Source of the DNA: Chrysomallon squamiferum | Lineage: Eukaryota > Animalia > Mollusca | Assembly (NCBI GenBank): GCA_012295275.1 | Contig: CM022672.1 | Location: 31,558,001 to 31,622,000 of the forward strand | Length of the DNA: 64,000 bases | Reading direction: 5' to 3' | Shown: piece by piece, positions 27,066 through 44,063 of the stretch | How the letters are laid out: each line of letters starts with the position of its first letter | How positions within the stretch are numbered: the first letter of the stretch is position 1 | Notes under the pieces: generated by a model | The model's database searches: none | Told to the model about the DNA's origin: nothing | What the model saw: only the letters and a program-made list of their open reading frames with translations | Made by a program: the position numbers and the translations under genes

Positions 27066-27099
<34 letters not shown>

Positions 27100-27291
27100 T
27101 CTGTCTATATTTATATCTGTCTGTTTGTCTATCTATCTATAGATAGGGGGTATTTGTGTGTGTGAGATGTATGTATGTAGGTATAAGTAAACCCCTGTGG
27201 AATACAATATACATTTTCAAGAAATACCCACAATGCAACACATTTATGAATTACATGAATAAAATTTTAAAACTGAATAATTAGCAGGGTC

Positions 27292-27346
<55 letters not shown>

Positions 27347-28028
27347 TAATAACAATAACAATAATAACAATAAAAATAACAATAATAATAATAATAATAA
27401 TAAAAATAACAATAATAACAATAATAACAATAACAATAATAATAACAATAACAATAATAACAATAATAATAATAATAATAACAACAGTAATAACAATAAT
27501 AACAGTAATAATAACAAAGATAACAACAGTAGCGGTACTTGTGAGTGGTTTCACAAACCTTGTGTTGTTTCACCATTCTGCAGTTGCACGTACAAAACCC
27601 GAATCTCTGCTGCTCCAACCTCACGTTATAAACATGTGTGCGCCGCAGACTCCTCATCGCAGCCACGCACACCGCAGTCTCGTAGCAACAGCAGTGTTTA
27701 TTTACAGTCAGATAAAAAAAAAACACAAGTGGAGCATTTGTTCGGATTTTGAAAAACAATTTTTTTTTTTTTTTTTTTTTATATGTCGAAAAATAAGAAA
27801 AAAAAAATTAAAAAAGGAGATGAGTTAAGGAAACAAAGAAAATTAAAAATTAAAAAAAGAAAATAGAAGAAAAATAAAAGAGAAGGAGGAATTTTTTAAA
27901 AGGGAGGGGTCACAAGAAAAACAAAGTTTTAAATGTAAACATACATTTAGAAGATTACTCATGTAGTTTTATTGAAAACAGTCTCTTTGTTTTTTTCTTA
28001 TTTTCTATTTTTCTGTAAAAAAATCTTC

Positions 28029-28059
<31 letters not shown>

Positions 28060-29869
28060 TGGTTTGTGTTTTATTTTATTTTATAAATCTAATATGTTTT
28101 GTACAATGTCTGAGACATTGGCTGGTTCCAGGTTAATGTGGTTCAAGCACACTCCACATGGGCCAACACTGGTACAGCTAGGTGAGTTTCTCAAAGATCA
28201 GTATTTTTTTAATAGGTCAAAGAAAATACTAATGTCATTCACAGTATTATAATGAAAAGTTGATCATTACTCTCTGCAGATAATAGTAATAATGATAGCA
28301 GAGTAGTAGTAGTAGTAGTAGTAGTAGTAATGGTGTATAGGTAGTGTAGTGGTAATAGTAATACTAGTAGAAGCTGATGAGATTCAGTAATATTAATAAT
28401 AAGAAGAATAGTGGTAGCAGTTCTGTTAGCAATAATAACAATAATAATAAGTTAATAACAGTAGGTTATAAGAAATAATAGTAGTATTGTTAGTATTAGT
28501 AACTAAAAAAAAAAAAAATAATAATAATAATAATAAAATCAATATTTTATAACTAAAACACTTGTTGTTATAAAAAAAAAAAAAAAAAAAAACCCAGATA
28601 TTACAGAAAAGTGTTATAAATCTCCTGATAGAAAATTCTGTCTAGAATTCCTTTCTTTTTTTTTTTTTTTTTTTTCAGGAATTAAATAACATTCCTCTCC
28701 TCAACTCATTTCTCACAGGACAATTTAAAAACACAGCCATATGTAAATGAAGATGAAGTTGTGAAAACATTTATCTCCAGAAACATTAAAAAAGAAGAAA
28801 ACCACAACAGAATAATAAGGATGATGTATGATGATGAGGCAAATTCAAACAAAAAATTCTTCTCTTCAAATCCAAAAGTGAGAATATTCCATATGGTTAA
28901 TATTAATAATTCAAAATGTCAAATCATCAAACTTTTTTTTATTTATTTATTTTATTTTTCTTTCCTTATTTCTTTATTTTTTGTTGTTGTTTTTTTTTTT
29001 TATCCATTTACAGGAAGTGAAAAATATGAATTTCTGCTGTTTGAAAAAATAATCAATGTTTTTAGTAATTTTCCTCCAGAAATGTGTTGAAATTTAACAA
29101 AAATTCAGTTTGATTAAAAATGGTTGTGTAACTAACTTCCTCATAAGTAGATTCCACATATATAATAATAATAATCGAAAGATGTAGGTAATAATCGTTT
29201 ATCTAATATCAGATAATTCCTTTTTATTCTCCATCAACAATTTATATGAATATATCCAGTAAATTCGAAAATCCATACAAAGTATTCACATCCGAAAAAG
29301 AATAACCTGATTTTATCTGTTGAAGTTTTAGTAAACGCTAATCAAAAAGAAACACTTTAACGTGAAAGAATTTCCAAATATGATTATGTAGTAACATACA
29401 TAAATAAAAATATGTATATTATATATATATATTTTTTTAAAACTTGTCAAATTTGACTAATCATAGTCCAACAAGAAATGAATCAAACTGAACAAAAAAC
29501 TAAACTCACATCTCTATTTATTCAAAAAAAAACGAAACAAAAAATGACAAAAATTTTATTTTTCGTTCCCTTCATATTTTCTTATACTGCCCAGATCTCA
29601 ATCACCCACATCACCAGTCACCATCTAGTGACCAGAACAATGGAAGCATTTGATAGGGAAATAAAGAAAGCAGTGTTTGGGAAACTTGTATCAGTCTGCG
29701 ATCAAGACACAAGTGGAGAAAAAAAAAACAAGGAGAGAATTATTTCTCAGAAGCGAGTTCGGTGACTGCGCTAATGTGGCACTGAGAACGTCACAAACAT
29801 GAACGATATCAAATGTTTCTGTGTCTGCAGCAGTGATAAACTTTACTTCTCGTAATCTCAGCTACCAAT

Positions 29870-29960
29870 CTTAGATCTGTGCACTCCTTCACCGAGATGT
29901 TGTAGTCACAGGTTCAATCCTGCTTGGTGGAAGGACTGGACTAATTTCCCCCCCCCCCCC
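29870..29960 (+). mobile_element. Possible tRNA-derived SINE head fragment
   Basis: Pol III B-box-like GGTTCAATCC at 29911 inside an acagg...cctg stem. No clear A box or cloverleaf. Confidence 0.3.
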
Positions 29961-31174
29961 CGTTTAAACTTTGTTGTGGACGAATGTGTGTAGAAAAAAG
30001 GTTTTTTTTTGGTTATTTAAAATAAGTGTATGGTAAATTTATTTCACACAGGACAGAAATGATGGTAAATATAGAAAAAACTAAAATAATTAGGTGTGTG
30101 TGTGTTTATGTTTGTGTGTGTGTGTGTGTGTTTGTGTATGTGTATGTGTGTGTATGCGTGTATGTGTGTGTGTGTGTATGTGTGTGTGTGTGTGTGTTTG
30201 TGTTTACCTCTGTTATGTAAAGTATTTTGTGTGAGTTTGTGAGTTTGTCTGTACGTGTTAGCTTTTGTGTTTTTCTTGTATGTTTGAAAAATGTTTCTGC
30301 AATATACAACATCAGTTAGACTCTGTCTCTCTTCCAGACAAAGAACTAAAAAACTGAAAACAATTTCAGTTACTGCTCTCTAAGATTTGGAGTAGATTTA
30401 TTTACAACAACATTCAGACTGAAATGTAAAATAATCAACAGAAAATGTGTAATTAAGATAGTTTTTTCTTACTGTTTGAAAAATGTTTCTACAGACACAA
30501 CATCAGTTGACATTTTAAGACAAAAACTACAACAAGTTGTGTACAAAATCAACAGAAATGTTAAATAATTAATAGTTCACACTGTACTGAATGTATAACA
30601 CTCTATGTATAACACAGAGGACATTTTAAATAAAAGCACAACAGTTGTGTACAAAGTACAGAAATGTTAAATAATTAATAGTTCACACTGTACCGAATGT
30701 ATAACACTCTATGTATAACACAGAGGACATTTTAAGTAAAAGTTGTGTCCCAAAGTGAGACACAGCTGTCTCAGTACACAGAAGGCAAAGTTTGATTTAT
30801 TGAATCTAGACTACAAAGCTGAACTGAATGTAACAGATGGGATCTCTCTGGCTCTCTGTGTTTGTTCTGTGTGTTGTAATGCAGAAAAACTCTTTTCCTT
30901 ATTCTTGCCACTTTTATTTATTTATTTATATTTGTAAATTATTTGTTTGTTTATTATATCCTTTAAAAAAAAAAAAAAAATTAAGAATTGAGAAATTTAT
31001 TAATGAGAGTGGCCCCTTTATCCAGATTTTAACAGTAGTGATATATTTTCTTCTTTTTTTTGAGGTTTTTCTTGTGTCTGTTATTTTTGTGTGTGTCTGT
31101 GTTTGAGTGTTTGTGTGTGTATGTGTGTGTTTGTGTTTTTTTGCATGTGTTTGGGTTTGTGTTTGAGTACATGT

Positions 31175-32345
<1,171 letters not shown>

Positions 32346-33034
32346 ACATTGTCTGGAGCTGACATTAAACATGACACAGTTTTAAAATATCCTTTACACA
32401 AAGCTACAGAGAAAATTAAAAAAAAAAAAAAAAAAAAAAAAATATTTCTCCCACAGAAACTTTACAAATTTTCATTTATTACACCTATTATTTTGTTGTG
32501 TTTTAAATTATAGTTATATTTACATAAGCATCAAATGGAATTTGCTGAATATTTAAATTAATAAAATAGCTTATCTTCCAACTTGAGATTTTACTTTAAC
32601 TGTGTTAATTACTGCAAGTTTGTGTTAGTTAGAATATGATGTAAAATCTATTAAAGATATGTTACAAACTTCATTGTTAACAAAGATTGGGACTTCAGTA
32701 AAACTCTTGAAATGAGGAACATATACAGCTCAACTTTAATTTGAAATAAAGCCACTTTTTAAAACACAAATGTTTATATGTAGCTTTTCAAATTTAAATC
32801 TGATATATCAAAAGATAAAAAAGAAAAAGAACTTTTTTTAAAATTTATAGTTATATCAAATAAAAACAGCAGATTTGAAAACATCTGTCTAGTCATTTCA
32901 TAGTCAAACTGAGGAAAGTACTTGACTCAATGACAAAAATAAAACAGACAACTTGTTAATAATGTCACATGACATTACTCTACAAAGCCTTTACAGACTG
33001 AGTCTTGTAAAAGTGTAAATCTAAATACTGTATG

Positions 33035-33670
33035 TATAGTTTCAATCTTTGTCAATGATAAAGTTTTATTATTAGTTAATGTCACATTACATGTTGGCTG
33101 GTACACTTTACAGTCTGTGTTTTATTAAAGTGATAACAAGTGCTGTTTGAATGATTTGATGCTTTGCTAATAATAAAGTTTTATTATTAGTTCATGTCAT
33201 ACAATTACTTTGTAGACCTTATAGTTTGTGTCTTGTTAAACTGTGAATTTTTATTGGTAACAAATACTGTTGTAGTTTCAAACTTTGCTAATAATAAAGT
33301 TTTGTTATTAGCTAATGTCACTTTGTAAACTTTACAATCTGTGTGTTATTAAAGTGTAAATCTATAGTGATAATAAATAATGTGGTAGTTTCAAACTTTG
33401 CTAATAATAAAGTTTTCTCATTAGTTAATGTTATAATGTTACTGTTTACATTATTAATGTTAAAATATAAAATCTTAAGTGATAATAAATACTCTTTGTA
33501 TGGTTTCATGCTTAACTAATAATAAAGTTTTGATATCAGTTAATGTCACAAGATTACGTTATAAACTTTTCATTTTTATCTTGTTAAACTATAAGTCTCC
33601 AATGACAACAAATACTGTTTCTAAAGTTTCAATTAATGCTTCAAACTTTGTTAACAATAAAGTTTCTTTA
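33035..33670. repeat. Degenerate ~120-bp tandem repeat
   Basis: ttcaaactttgctaataataaagtttt recurs about 6 times. Confidence 0.7.
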
Positions 33671-33888
33671 TTACTGTTGAAATGTGTAACATTGTTTATG
33701 ACACAGAGTTATAATTATTATTATTATTTAAATATATTTAACTAATACTGAATTTCAATTTCATTATTACACAAAATCTAGATATAGATCTTAATTTCAT
33801 TTCCTTGATACGTTTTATATATTATTTATTTATTTAATTATTTTTTTAATTATTTTTTTAAAATTTTATTTTATTTTTTTATTTTATT

Positions 33889-33945
<57 letters not shown>

Positions 33946-34303
33946 TTTGTTTTATTTTATTTTATTTTATTTTTTTTTTTTTTTTTCGTTCCAGTAACTG
34001 GTATCCTGAATAATTTAAAGAACAATTAATCTAAAGAAGAAATCTTCTGATTAAAACAAAATACACTACATAAATATTTAAATATTATGACTCTGTGAGA
34101 TTTAATTAAATCACCAAATCCAAAGCAATATAATATTTTTTTCAGCAAATAAAAAGCCGCTATCACATCACTGGTATTTAAAACTGTTAGCGCAGTTTTC
34201 TCCTCAACTTTATATACTCTGTAAATACAATGTCCATACCCATACATTTCTTTTTCTTATCTTTTCCTTCCCTCAGTCTCTCTCTTTTCTCTTTCTTTCT
34301 ATC

Positions 34304-34362
<59 letters not shown>

Positions 34363-34482
34363 ACTCTCTGTCTCTCTCTTTCTCTCTTTCTGTCTCTCTT
34401 TTTTCTGTCTTTGTCTCTCTCTCTGTCTCTTTCTCTTTCTTTCTCTCTCCCTCTCTTGCTTGCTTGCTCTCTCTATCTCTGT

Positions 34483-34564
<82 letters not shown>

Positions 34565-34567
<3 letters not shown>

Positions 34568-34667
34568 ATATTTGGTTGTTTGTTGTTGGTATTCAGTTGT
34601 CATAAATATTATTAATGTAACTTTATTATTTGTCTATATATTGAATATACCTCTCTCTCTTATCTGT

Positions 34668-34726
<59 letters not shown>

Positions 34727-34817
34727 TTGCTTGTTGTTTGTTGTTGGTATTCAGTTCGTAAATATTATTAATAGTAACTTTATTATTTGTCTATATATTG
34801 AATATACCTCTGAAAAC

Positions 34818-34880
<63 letters not shown>

Positions 34881-34987
34881 TTGGTTGTTTGTTGTTGGTA
34901 TTCAGTTGTTGTAAATATTATTAATAGTAACTTTATTATTTGTCTATATATTGAATATCTCTGAAAAACAACTCTGAATCATTATCT

Positions 34988-35039
<52 letters not shown>

Positions 35040-35146
35040 TTGGTTGTTTGTTGTTGGTATTCAGTTGTCGTAAAAATATTATTAATAGTAACTTTATTAT
35101 TTGTCTATATATTGAATATACCTCTGAAAAACAACAACACGAATCA

Positions 35147-35205
<59 letters not shown>

Positions 35206-35316
35206 TTGGTTGTTTGTTGTTGGTATTCAGTTGTCGTAAATATTATTAATAGTAACTTTATTATTTGTCTATATATTGAATATACCTCTGAAAAACAACA
35301 ACACGAATCATTATCT

Positions 35317-35407
<91 letters not shown>
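34565..35407. repeat. Composite repeat: ~90-110-bp core plus (CT)n spacers, 5 copies
   Basis: catatttggttgtttgttgttggtattcagttgtcgtaaatattattaatagtaac... repeated. Ends about 50 bp from the C3G exon 2 donor. Confidence 0.92.
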
Positions 35408-35408
<1 letters not shown>

Positions 35409-35459
35409 GTCCCTTCTCCTACTTCTCTCTAAAACTGTTACTGAAGATAAACAATTTAC

Positions 35460-35656
35460 CTTCTCTGTTTCATCGTCAGTGGCGATTCCGTCACTCAGAC
35501 TGCTTGCATGACTCAGTCCTTTTGTTTTACTCGCTCTCGACTTGGAGTCTGGGATCATCTGGGACACTCCAGATGAGGGACGTCTCTTTATTTTACATTT
35601 GATGTCCTCGCGGAACGAGCGAGCTTTCTTCAGCATTTTTGAACCAGACGTCCTAT
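35460..35656 (-). CDS. RAPGEF1: C3G exon 2 (DRTSGSKMLKKARSFREDIK...TDDETEK)
   Basis: Poly-T cag acceptor, 197 nt, AAG|gtaaat donor, phase 1 to 0. Confidence 0.85.
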
Positions 35657-36638
35657 CTGAAAAAAAAAAAAAAAAAAAAAAAAATATTAAAAATTTGTTA
35701 ATATATTTCGTTTACTTGAATTATTTCAAATTTTGTCACATGTTCCTAAACACTGCAATACTAACAAATTATTCTCGGGGTTAATAAATAAATAAATAAA
35801 TAAATAAATAAATATATAAAATGAGTAAATCCAAGCTGAAGGTTTTAAAAATTTATATTATAAATATATAAAAACAAACAGAAGTGGATCCATACTTTTC
35901 TAACAATAAAGTAATAACAGTGACACAAGCCAGTGACAATAAATAAAGATCTCAAACTCTCTTTTTTTTGTCCTTCCAAGAGTCATCACAAATTAAACAG
36001 AAATGCAGACAAACTGGTAGAAATAATCTTTCTTTTTTTTGTCCAATTTTCCTTTTTCTTTCTGTATTAATCATAAATCATTACTGTTCATTACTTACAT
36101 TAGTAAAAAGTATTTCAACAGGTTTATTCATTTATTTTATTCGTGCATATTAACTGTCAAAGTAGACATGGCATACTTTATTAGCAAAGGATAGTTTCCA
36201 ATAATAAGGCTTTAGTCATTCATTTTATGCACATTATTAATTTACTATATGCATATTATTCATTAACTTTAAGAATATTATTTGTTTATGTTATGCATAT
36301 TATTCAGTTATTTTAAGCATATTATTCATTTAGTTTATGCACATTATTTGTTCACTTTGTTCAAATTATTCATTTATATTATGCATATTATTCATTTACT
36401 TTATGCACACTATTCATTCTACACAGCATTAGAAAAAGATGTTTCTTCCTCATATTTTAATGTCAAACTTTATGTTTAGTAAAGATTATGCACCAATCAA
36501 ACAAAGTAACTGATCAAACAAATGCACTGATCTTCTTTGCTACAACATGACCAATATATATAAAACAGAAAGAAAATTATTCATCAACATTTTTTTATTT
36601 AGTTGGCATTTTTACATAGTAGTCTGTTTCTATGATAA

Positions 36639-36673
<35 letters not shown>

Positions 36674-37045
36674 AAACATTCTATTTTAGCCTTTTGATAA
36701 TGAAAGGAACAATACTTACCGAAATTTAGCATTTTTTATCATAAAGAACAAAACAACTAAATAAATAAACATTGCCTTGTTTCTTTCTCATTTAAAAAAA
36801 AAAAAATTAGTTCATGCTTACATTAAACAATGCAACTTCCTGTATTGTCTTTTTTTTTCTTTTTTTAATGTAATAACTGTCATGATGATTTTGATGTTAA
36901 CAAACCTGCTGATATGAATGATTACATCATCTGTATATGTTGTACAATGATTATGACTTTTATAACAATAGAATATTACCAAAGAAGCAAAATAATAATA
37001 GCAATATTTTATCTTCAGTTTTGAAATATTTCCACTATTTTGAAG

Positions 37046-37121
<76 letters not shown>

Positions 37122-37572
37122 ATTAATAGAATAGTTGATTCTTTCTTTTTCTTTCTTTCTTACAAATAAAGTTATTATAATCTCTCTCTCTTGATTTCTG
37201 TAGTTGATGTGCATATGTTATGTATGGGCATTCTTTTGCAATCCCGTCTCTGTGTATGTGTGTGCATATATGTTATATATATGTGTGTTTATACTATGTA
37301 TGTTTGAATGTCTGTGTGTATGTATATGCATACATACATACATACATACATACATAGATACAGATACACACATATATTTTATGTGTGTATTTTACATTAA
37401 CTAATTTTTTTATTTTTTATTATTATTTGCAAACCATAATTTTGGCTTTATAATCCAAAACTGAAACTGAACATACACAAATACCAAAAATGTCTGCTCT
37501 CCTATCAAAACTGTGTTTGTAAAAATGACAACTGTAAATACATTTCTAAGAAAATCTGCTTCAAGCTTCACC

Positions 37573-37608
<36 letters not shown>

Positions 37609-37886
37609 GGCTTCCTCACTCTGCCCATGTAAACATGCCCAGATGTACTTTGTTACTAACAGAAGAACAGACAAACTGAGGTGGTCAGTCAATATGGCTC
37701 AATTAGTTCAGTAAGATGACCAGTTCTCTGGCCAACATCCCTCAGGTGAACCTAATTATCCCAGAATCCCAGAATCCCAGAACTAGTAGATAATTTATTA
37801 ATCTTCAACACTTGGGGATTTTATACAACTGCATCATCATAATTGATAATGTTGTTATTGCTAATTATGTATAGTCATAAATATTT

Positions 37887-37997
<111 letters not shown>

Positions 37998-38626
37998 ACA
38001 AACACACCAGTTTATCTGTTTCATATGTAAAAATAAATAAGGATTACCTTTCTACTGATAGAATTAGCTCATCTGGCTAACAGATTACTCAGTAAAATAA
38101 GAAAATATAATATAAATAAAGTTAACAGTTAAAAATTATTTCAATACTTCATAGATATCATTCAGATTAAGACATTTACAAAGACTTTTTGTTGTAAAAT
38201 TTACAATATCTCTTACTAAATGAATCTTAAATCCCTCTGGTAGAGTCCTAATGAATATCAAATGACATGGCAATAAATACTGGAAAACAAATATAATCTG
38301 TACAGATAACTGTACTATATTTATCCAACTGCATTGGTTTATAGCCAGTATTACATTACTGTGTAAAATAAAGGTGCAGAAACATGTACAAAGTAATACA
38401 CTGTTATTTAAAGTAATAGTTCACTACTTGGTTCCTTATTAATACAATTACTGTTTAGCAACATACAAATATACAAAGTAACACAAAGACACACACGTAT
38501 TTACAATGTGACAGGTAAAATAACAATTCAGTCATTGTAATAGTCTTACACAAAATTATTTTTTATTACCTGCAACTCATCAATAATCTTTTATCCTTAC
38601 AGCTTCACTTAACTTCAGTTCAAACA

Positions 38627-38677
<51 letters not shown>

Positions 38678-38799
38678 AGTTAGGTATATGTATGTATATT
38701 TTTAAGTCATGGAACAGTTTACAAAAGAGAATTATTTAGATATGTAGGAAGGAGGAACTTGTGTGTGTGTGTGTGTTTGTAAGTATGTGTGTGAATGTG

Positions 38800-38846
<47 letters not shown>

Positions 38847-38851
38847 TACAT

Positions 38852-38883
<32 letters not shown>

Positions 38884-39023
38884 CTAATCAATAAGAAAAA
38901 TGAAGAATATTTTACAAGCAGATTTGGATGTTTGACATTCTGAAAAAAGGAAAGTTTATTACAAAACATATGCAATGCACAGGACAGAAAAATTAGAAAT
39001 AAAAAGAATTCTCAATATAAATA

Positions 39024-39073
<50 letters not shown>

Positions 39074-39158
39074 CTCATATATACATACATACACAGTTAC
39101 ATACATACATACATATAAATATAGACATTCACATATATATACATACATACATACATAG

Positions 39159-39193
<35 letters not shown>

Positions 39194-39674
39194 TATACAT
39201 ATACAGAGAGACAGACAGACAGACACAGAAAGAGATTATGATGTTTATCTATGCTGATGTATACAAAGTAAAATGAGTACCACAACAGTCTATGTGGATC
39301 TATTGGGATTATCATTAAGAAATTAACTGAACTTAGAGTAGGAATGAATATAATCCGACCTTTAATAACCTAGTAATTTGAGTATATCAGCAAGAATGGG
39401 AAAAAAACACAAAATAAAGACACTGCTGCACTGAAGTAGATGGATGAGAGACAGAGTTTTAGAAAGTTTTCAAACCTTTTGTTCTGAAGGCTAAAAATAC
39501 ATTTTTCTTTTCTTTATCATGGTTTTGTTCGGATCACTAAAACACAGATGTACGTGAAATTTTGACATAAATGTAAACATACAAAAACGTAAGGCAGACA
39601 CACACACACACACATTAAACACACACACACACCAAAACTTACTATAAATAAAAGAAGATAAATCAATATTTAAA

Positions 39675-39719
<45 letters not shown>

Positions 39720-39844
39720 TCAGTAAGGCTGTAATACTAGCAGACACAAAAACAAAAATAAACACACACACACATACATCTACAAAAAGCATCACTTGAC
39801 ATGTTAAACAAACCTGACAATTTTTTTTTTTTTTTTTTTTTTTA

Positions 39845-39877
<33 letters not shown>

Positions 39878-40780
39878 GGGATATAAGAATGTGCTGATTT
39901 GGCAAAAACGTTCACAGGTAACAAGCGAACTTACCCAAAAGAAGAGTTTCAACGAGCTCCAGACTTTGCTGGTTATCTCAAGCAGTGCATGCATTGTTCC
40001 AAATAAAGGAAAGGTGAGGTTTACTCTCAGAGGTAACAGAGATGGCTTACCCATCCAGACCGGCACAAACCAAACCCACTGACAGTTTTAGCTGCTGCCA
40101 GGAATAGAAACACCGAGTGGCAGACTTGCATCTTGGCACTTTGGTTAAGTTTTGTTTCGAACGAAGGAAAGAAAAAAAGAAAGAGCCGGAAGATGAAAAA
40201 GGTGGGATGAGTTTGTCACGATGCAACTTGTTGAAGGGGAGAAATCCAGGTTGTTGGAGATAATGTAGAGATAATGATGTTGTTGTTGTTGGTGGTGGTT
40301 GTTGTTAAATTTGTTTTGTTGTTTTAACTTTTGGAATAATAAACTATGTGTAATAATAATAATAATAATAACAATAAAACAACAATAATAATGATAATAA
40401 TAATAATAACATTAATATGTTACTGATATTATTATTGTTGTTATTGTTGTTATTATTATGTGTTATTATATAACCATAATAATAATGATAATAATAATAA
40501 TAATAATAATTAAAAACTATTCTGTATTTGTTTAAAAAGAAAAAAATATATATTTATATAACCACTGGATCTACTACTACTACTCACATAGTATTACTAT
40601 ACTACTACTACTACTATATACAATTATGACACTACTACTCATATACTATTATGACTATATACAACTACAACTATATACTACTACTACTATGTACTACTAC
40701 TACTACTATTACTCATATACTATTATGACTATACTACTACTATTACAACTACCACTACTACTCACATACTGTTATGACTA

Positions 40781-40828
<48 letters not shown>

Positions 40829-41857
40829 GATACTGATATTACAGTACTACTATTGCTACAACCATTATAATTATTTTTGCCATTATTCTTAATATTACCG
40901 GCAACTCACAGATGGAAAAATTAACAAATTTATCATAAACAAACATAGTGGGACATTTCTTAATTTATAACAGACACAGTGTAGACAGAGAACAGACAGA
41001 CACCATGTTGTCATGTCTGTAATTTCTCTGAACACAGATGCACAAAAAAATAATAATGATAAATAATACAGCCCTAATAATACTGCAAAGGTTTAAAAAA
41101 TATTCTCAAAAATGAAGAAATATTTTTTACACATTTTTCCTTAAAACAAAATAAAAAAATGAATGAAATGAAATCATTTACAATGTTAAATATTATTACA
41201 TAACATGCAACAGAAATATATTATATAAATTACCTGCAGTTTCCATTGCTAGGATAAATATTAGCTCGAAATTTCCATTAATCTTTTCCAGGATTTGCAG
41301 AATGTTTTACAAGACATCCTGCCTGCATTATCAAAACAACAGTCTTCATATTTGATTTAAAAGAAAAAAAATGAAATTTATAAATTTAAAAAAAAAAAAA
41401 AAAAAATAAAAAAAAAACCGTCTACATTGTTCATCCAAAACATCCATTACAAGAAACGAGGTTTATGCCAACACAGCAACAACGTAGGCAGCAGCAGCGT
41501 CTGCCGATGAGTCATAGCCAGTGATAATGCTATTACAGAAAGATCAATATGATTTTGGCATTGCCAATCAGCCTGCTACTACTTCAACTCTCCAAGTCAA
41601 GTGACGATACTTTAGTGTATCAGGCTAAAAAAATTAATAATAATAATAACTGTGGATATATCGAGAATGACTAAACAATCAAAACACTGACAGACAGCTC
41701 ACGAAAAATAAAATAAATGTATCTTTGTAAGCACGATTTTTGGTACATTTGCATGTCGGGAAATAATCTTGAAAAATATTTTCCCCAAAAAAAATTGTGA
41801 AAAAAATAAAACAAATGTTGTCTACGTTATTTTTTGGTTTTTTTGTTTTTTATATGG

Positions 41858-42112
41858 ATGAATTGGTTATAAAACAAATGATGTCTAGGTTATTTTATTT
41901 ATTATATGGTGAATTGGTTATAAAACAAATGATGTCTAGGTTATTTTATTTATTATATGGTGAATTAGTTATAAAACAAATGATGTCTAGGTTATTTTAT
42001 TTATTATATGGTGAATTAGTTATAAAACAAATGACGTCTAGGTTATTTTATTTATTATATGGTGAATTAGTTATAAAACAAATGATGTCTAGGTTATTTT
42101 ATTTATTATACG
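41858..42112. repeat. 51-bp tandem repeat, 5 copies
   Basis: gaattagttataaaacaaatgatgtctaggttattttatttattatatggt. Confidence 0.93.
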
Positions 42113-42849
42113 GATGTATCTGTTAGCTAAACAACAAAATGGAATAATCTGTTCTTGCTTGTTTTGGGATTTTTAGTTATTTATTAAATGTGTATTTATG
42201 GTTTTATTTATTTTATTTATTAAAATATTTATGAAATTCTATAACTATAATAAGGTTGTTTTTTTTTTGTTTTTTTTTAAATTTGATGTTCTATACAGTA
42301 TTCGAAAACTGTCACTTTCTGTTTAAACACAACACTGATATACAGTTATAAATATAATTCTTAACTATCTACACTTTTAACAAAAAAGAAAATAATTAAG
42401 TTATTAACAAACACAACAATTAAAAATTTAAATAAAATAGGAAATCAATCTGATACCTTTAAATATATGTTTATGTTTTTGTAAATCATATACGTTTACA
42501 TACAGATTAAATTTGAACATTTGAGACTGTCAAGTTTTTTATTTCTATGATATATCTCATTACCATAGCAAGTAACTAATACTGCAAACATATGAAAACA
42601 TGCAAGATTTGTTGCTGTTTTTTTCTTTTGTTTTAATAATGTTACCATACATGACAAGATCCATTTAAAAATGAATAATTCTGAAAGCCAAAACAGTAAC
42701 AGAATTAATAATTTAGAAAGTGTTTTAAAAAAAGTAATCTCTGTTTTTTTTTAAGTTTTATTTATTTTTGCTGTTGTTTATTTGGTTTGTAACTTATTGT
42801 TCTACATTTTGTTTTGTTGTTCTTGGGTGTGTTTGTCTGTGTGTGTGTG

Positions 42850-42957
<108 letters not shown>

Positions 42958-43201
42958 AGTATGTGTGTGTTTGTGTGTATGTGTGTGTGTGTATATGAGT
43001 ATGTGTGTGTTTGTGTGTTATTGTTTTCAGTTCTTCTCAGGGAGTCTTTTGTTATTGTCTACCCTGTATATTTCATTTTTCACTCATTCTTTTGTTTGTT
43101 TAGTTTTTCAGATTTTTCTTCTTTACTTTATGAAAAATAAAACATTAACAATGAAAAAAACAAAAAGCAGTCATACAGCTTCAGTACTATTTTTATTACC
43201 C

Positions 43202-43234
<33 letters not shown>

Positions 43235-43587
43235 CACATGTAAATATATAATACTATTATTAACTGCGCCTAATTGACAAAAATAAAAAAGAAACAAAAA
43301 CCATGAATACTTATAATTTGTTTGTGTTATTATAAAAATTTATAATTTTTGTCTTGTTTAGTTATTACAACAGCTTTTTCATTTCATTTTTTTTTATATT
43401 AGTATCATATTAGTTAAAAAGTTAATATGCCTTCTCACTAAAAATAACTTATTCATAATACAAATTTATCGACATTTCAGAATAATTAGTTATGTCAAAC
43501 CTTTGTTTTATTTTTTTATTGTACATTTGATAGTTACATATTATTAGTTCTCTTATATGTTTATAAATGTAACTATGTTAATATATT

Positions 43588-43640
<53 letters not shown>

Positions 43641-44017
43641 AGAAAGGCAGTCATAAAACACACATACACACACACACATACAAAATCATAGACACCTATA
43701 TAAACATGCACACATAGAACTAAAGATACACAAACACACAGAGACACAATCATAGAAACACACACACATTCAAGAGTTATTTTTATGAATACAGGTCAAC
43801 TATATCATGATAACACATGAATCATATTTCAAGGGTTTTTTAAGTGAAGTAGAGATGAAAGATGTGAATGAGATTAAACAGAAATATTACAGAGGAAGAA
43901 AATTTGAATGTACCAGTTTAATGCTGTATTTTGATATACTCCATACACTTCAAAACTAGGTCATGTGACCTTTTTGGGTATGTTTGTTCATGCATATTTG
44001 TGTTTCTGTGTTATATT

Positions 44018-44063
<46 letters not shown>

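Noticed and set aside
29870-29960. tRNA gene
   Set aside because: Only a B-box/T-arm-like motif is present, with no cloverleaf.
41797-42126. ORF with 17-aa repeats (ELVIKQMMSRLFYLLYG)
   Set aside because: It is a by-product of a 51-bp non-coding tandem repeat, antisense in an intron.
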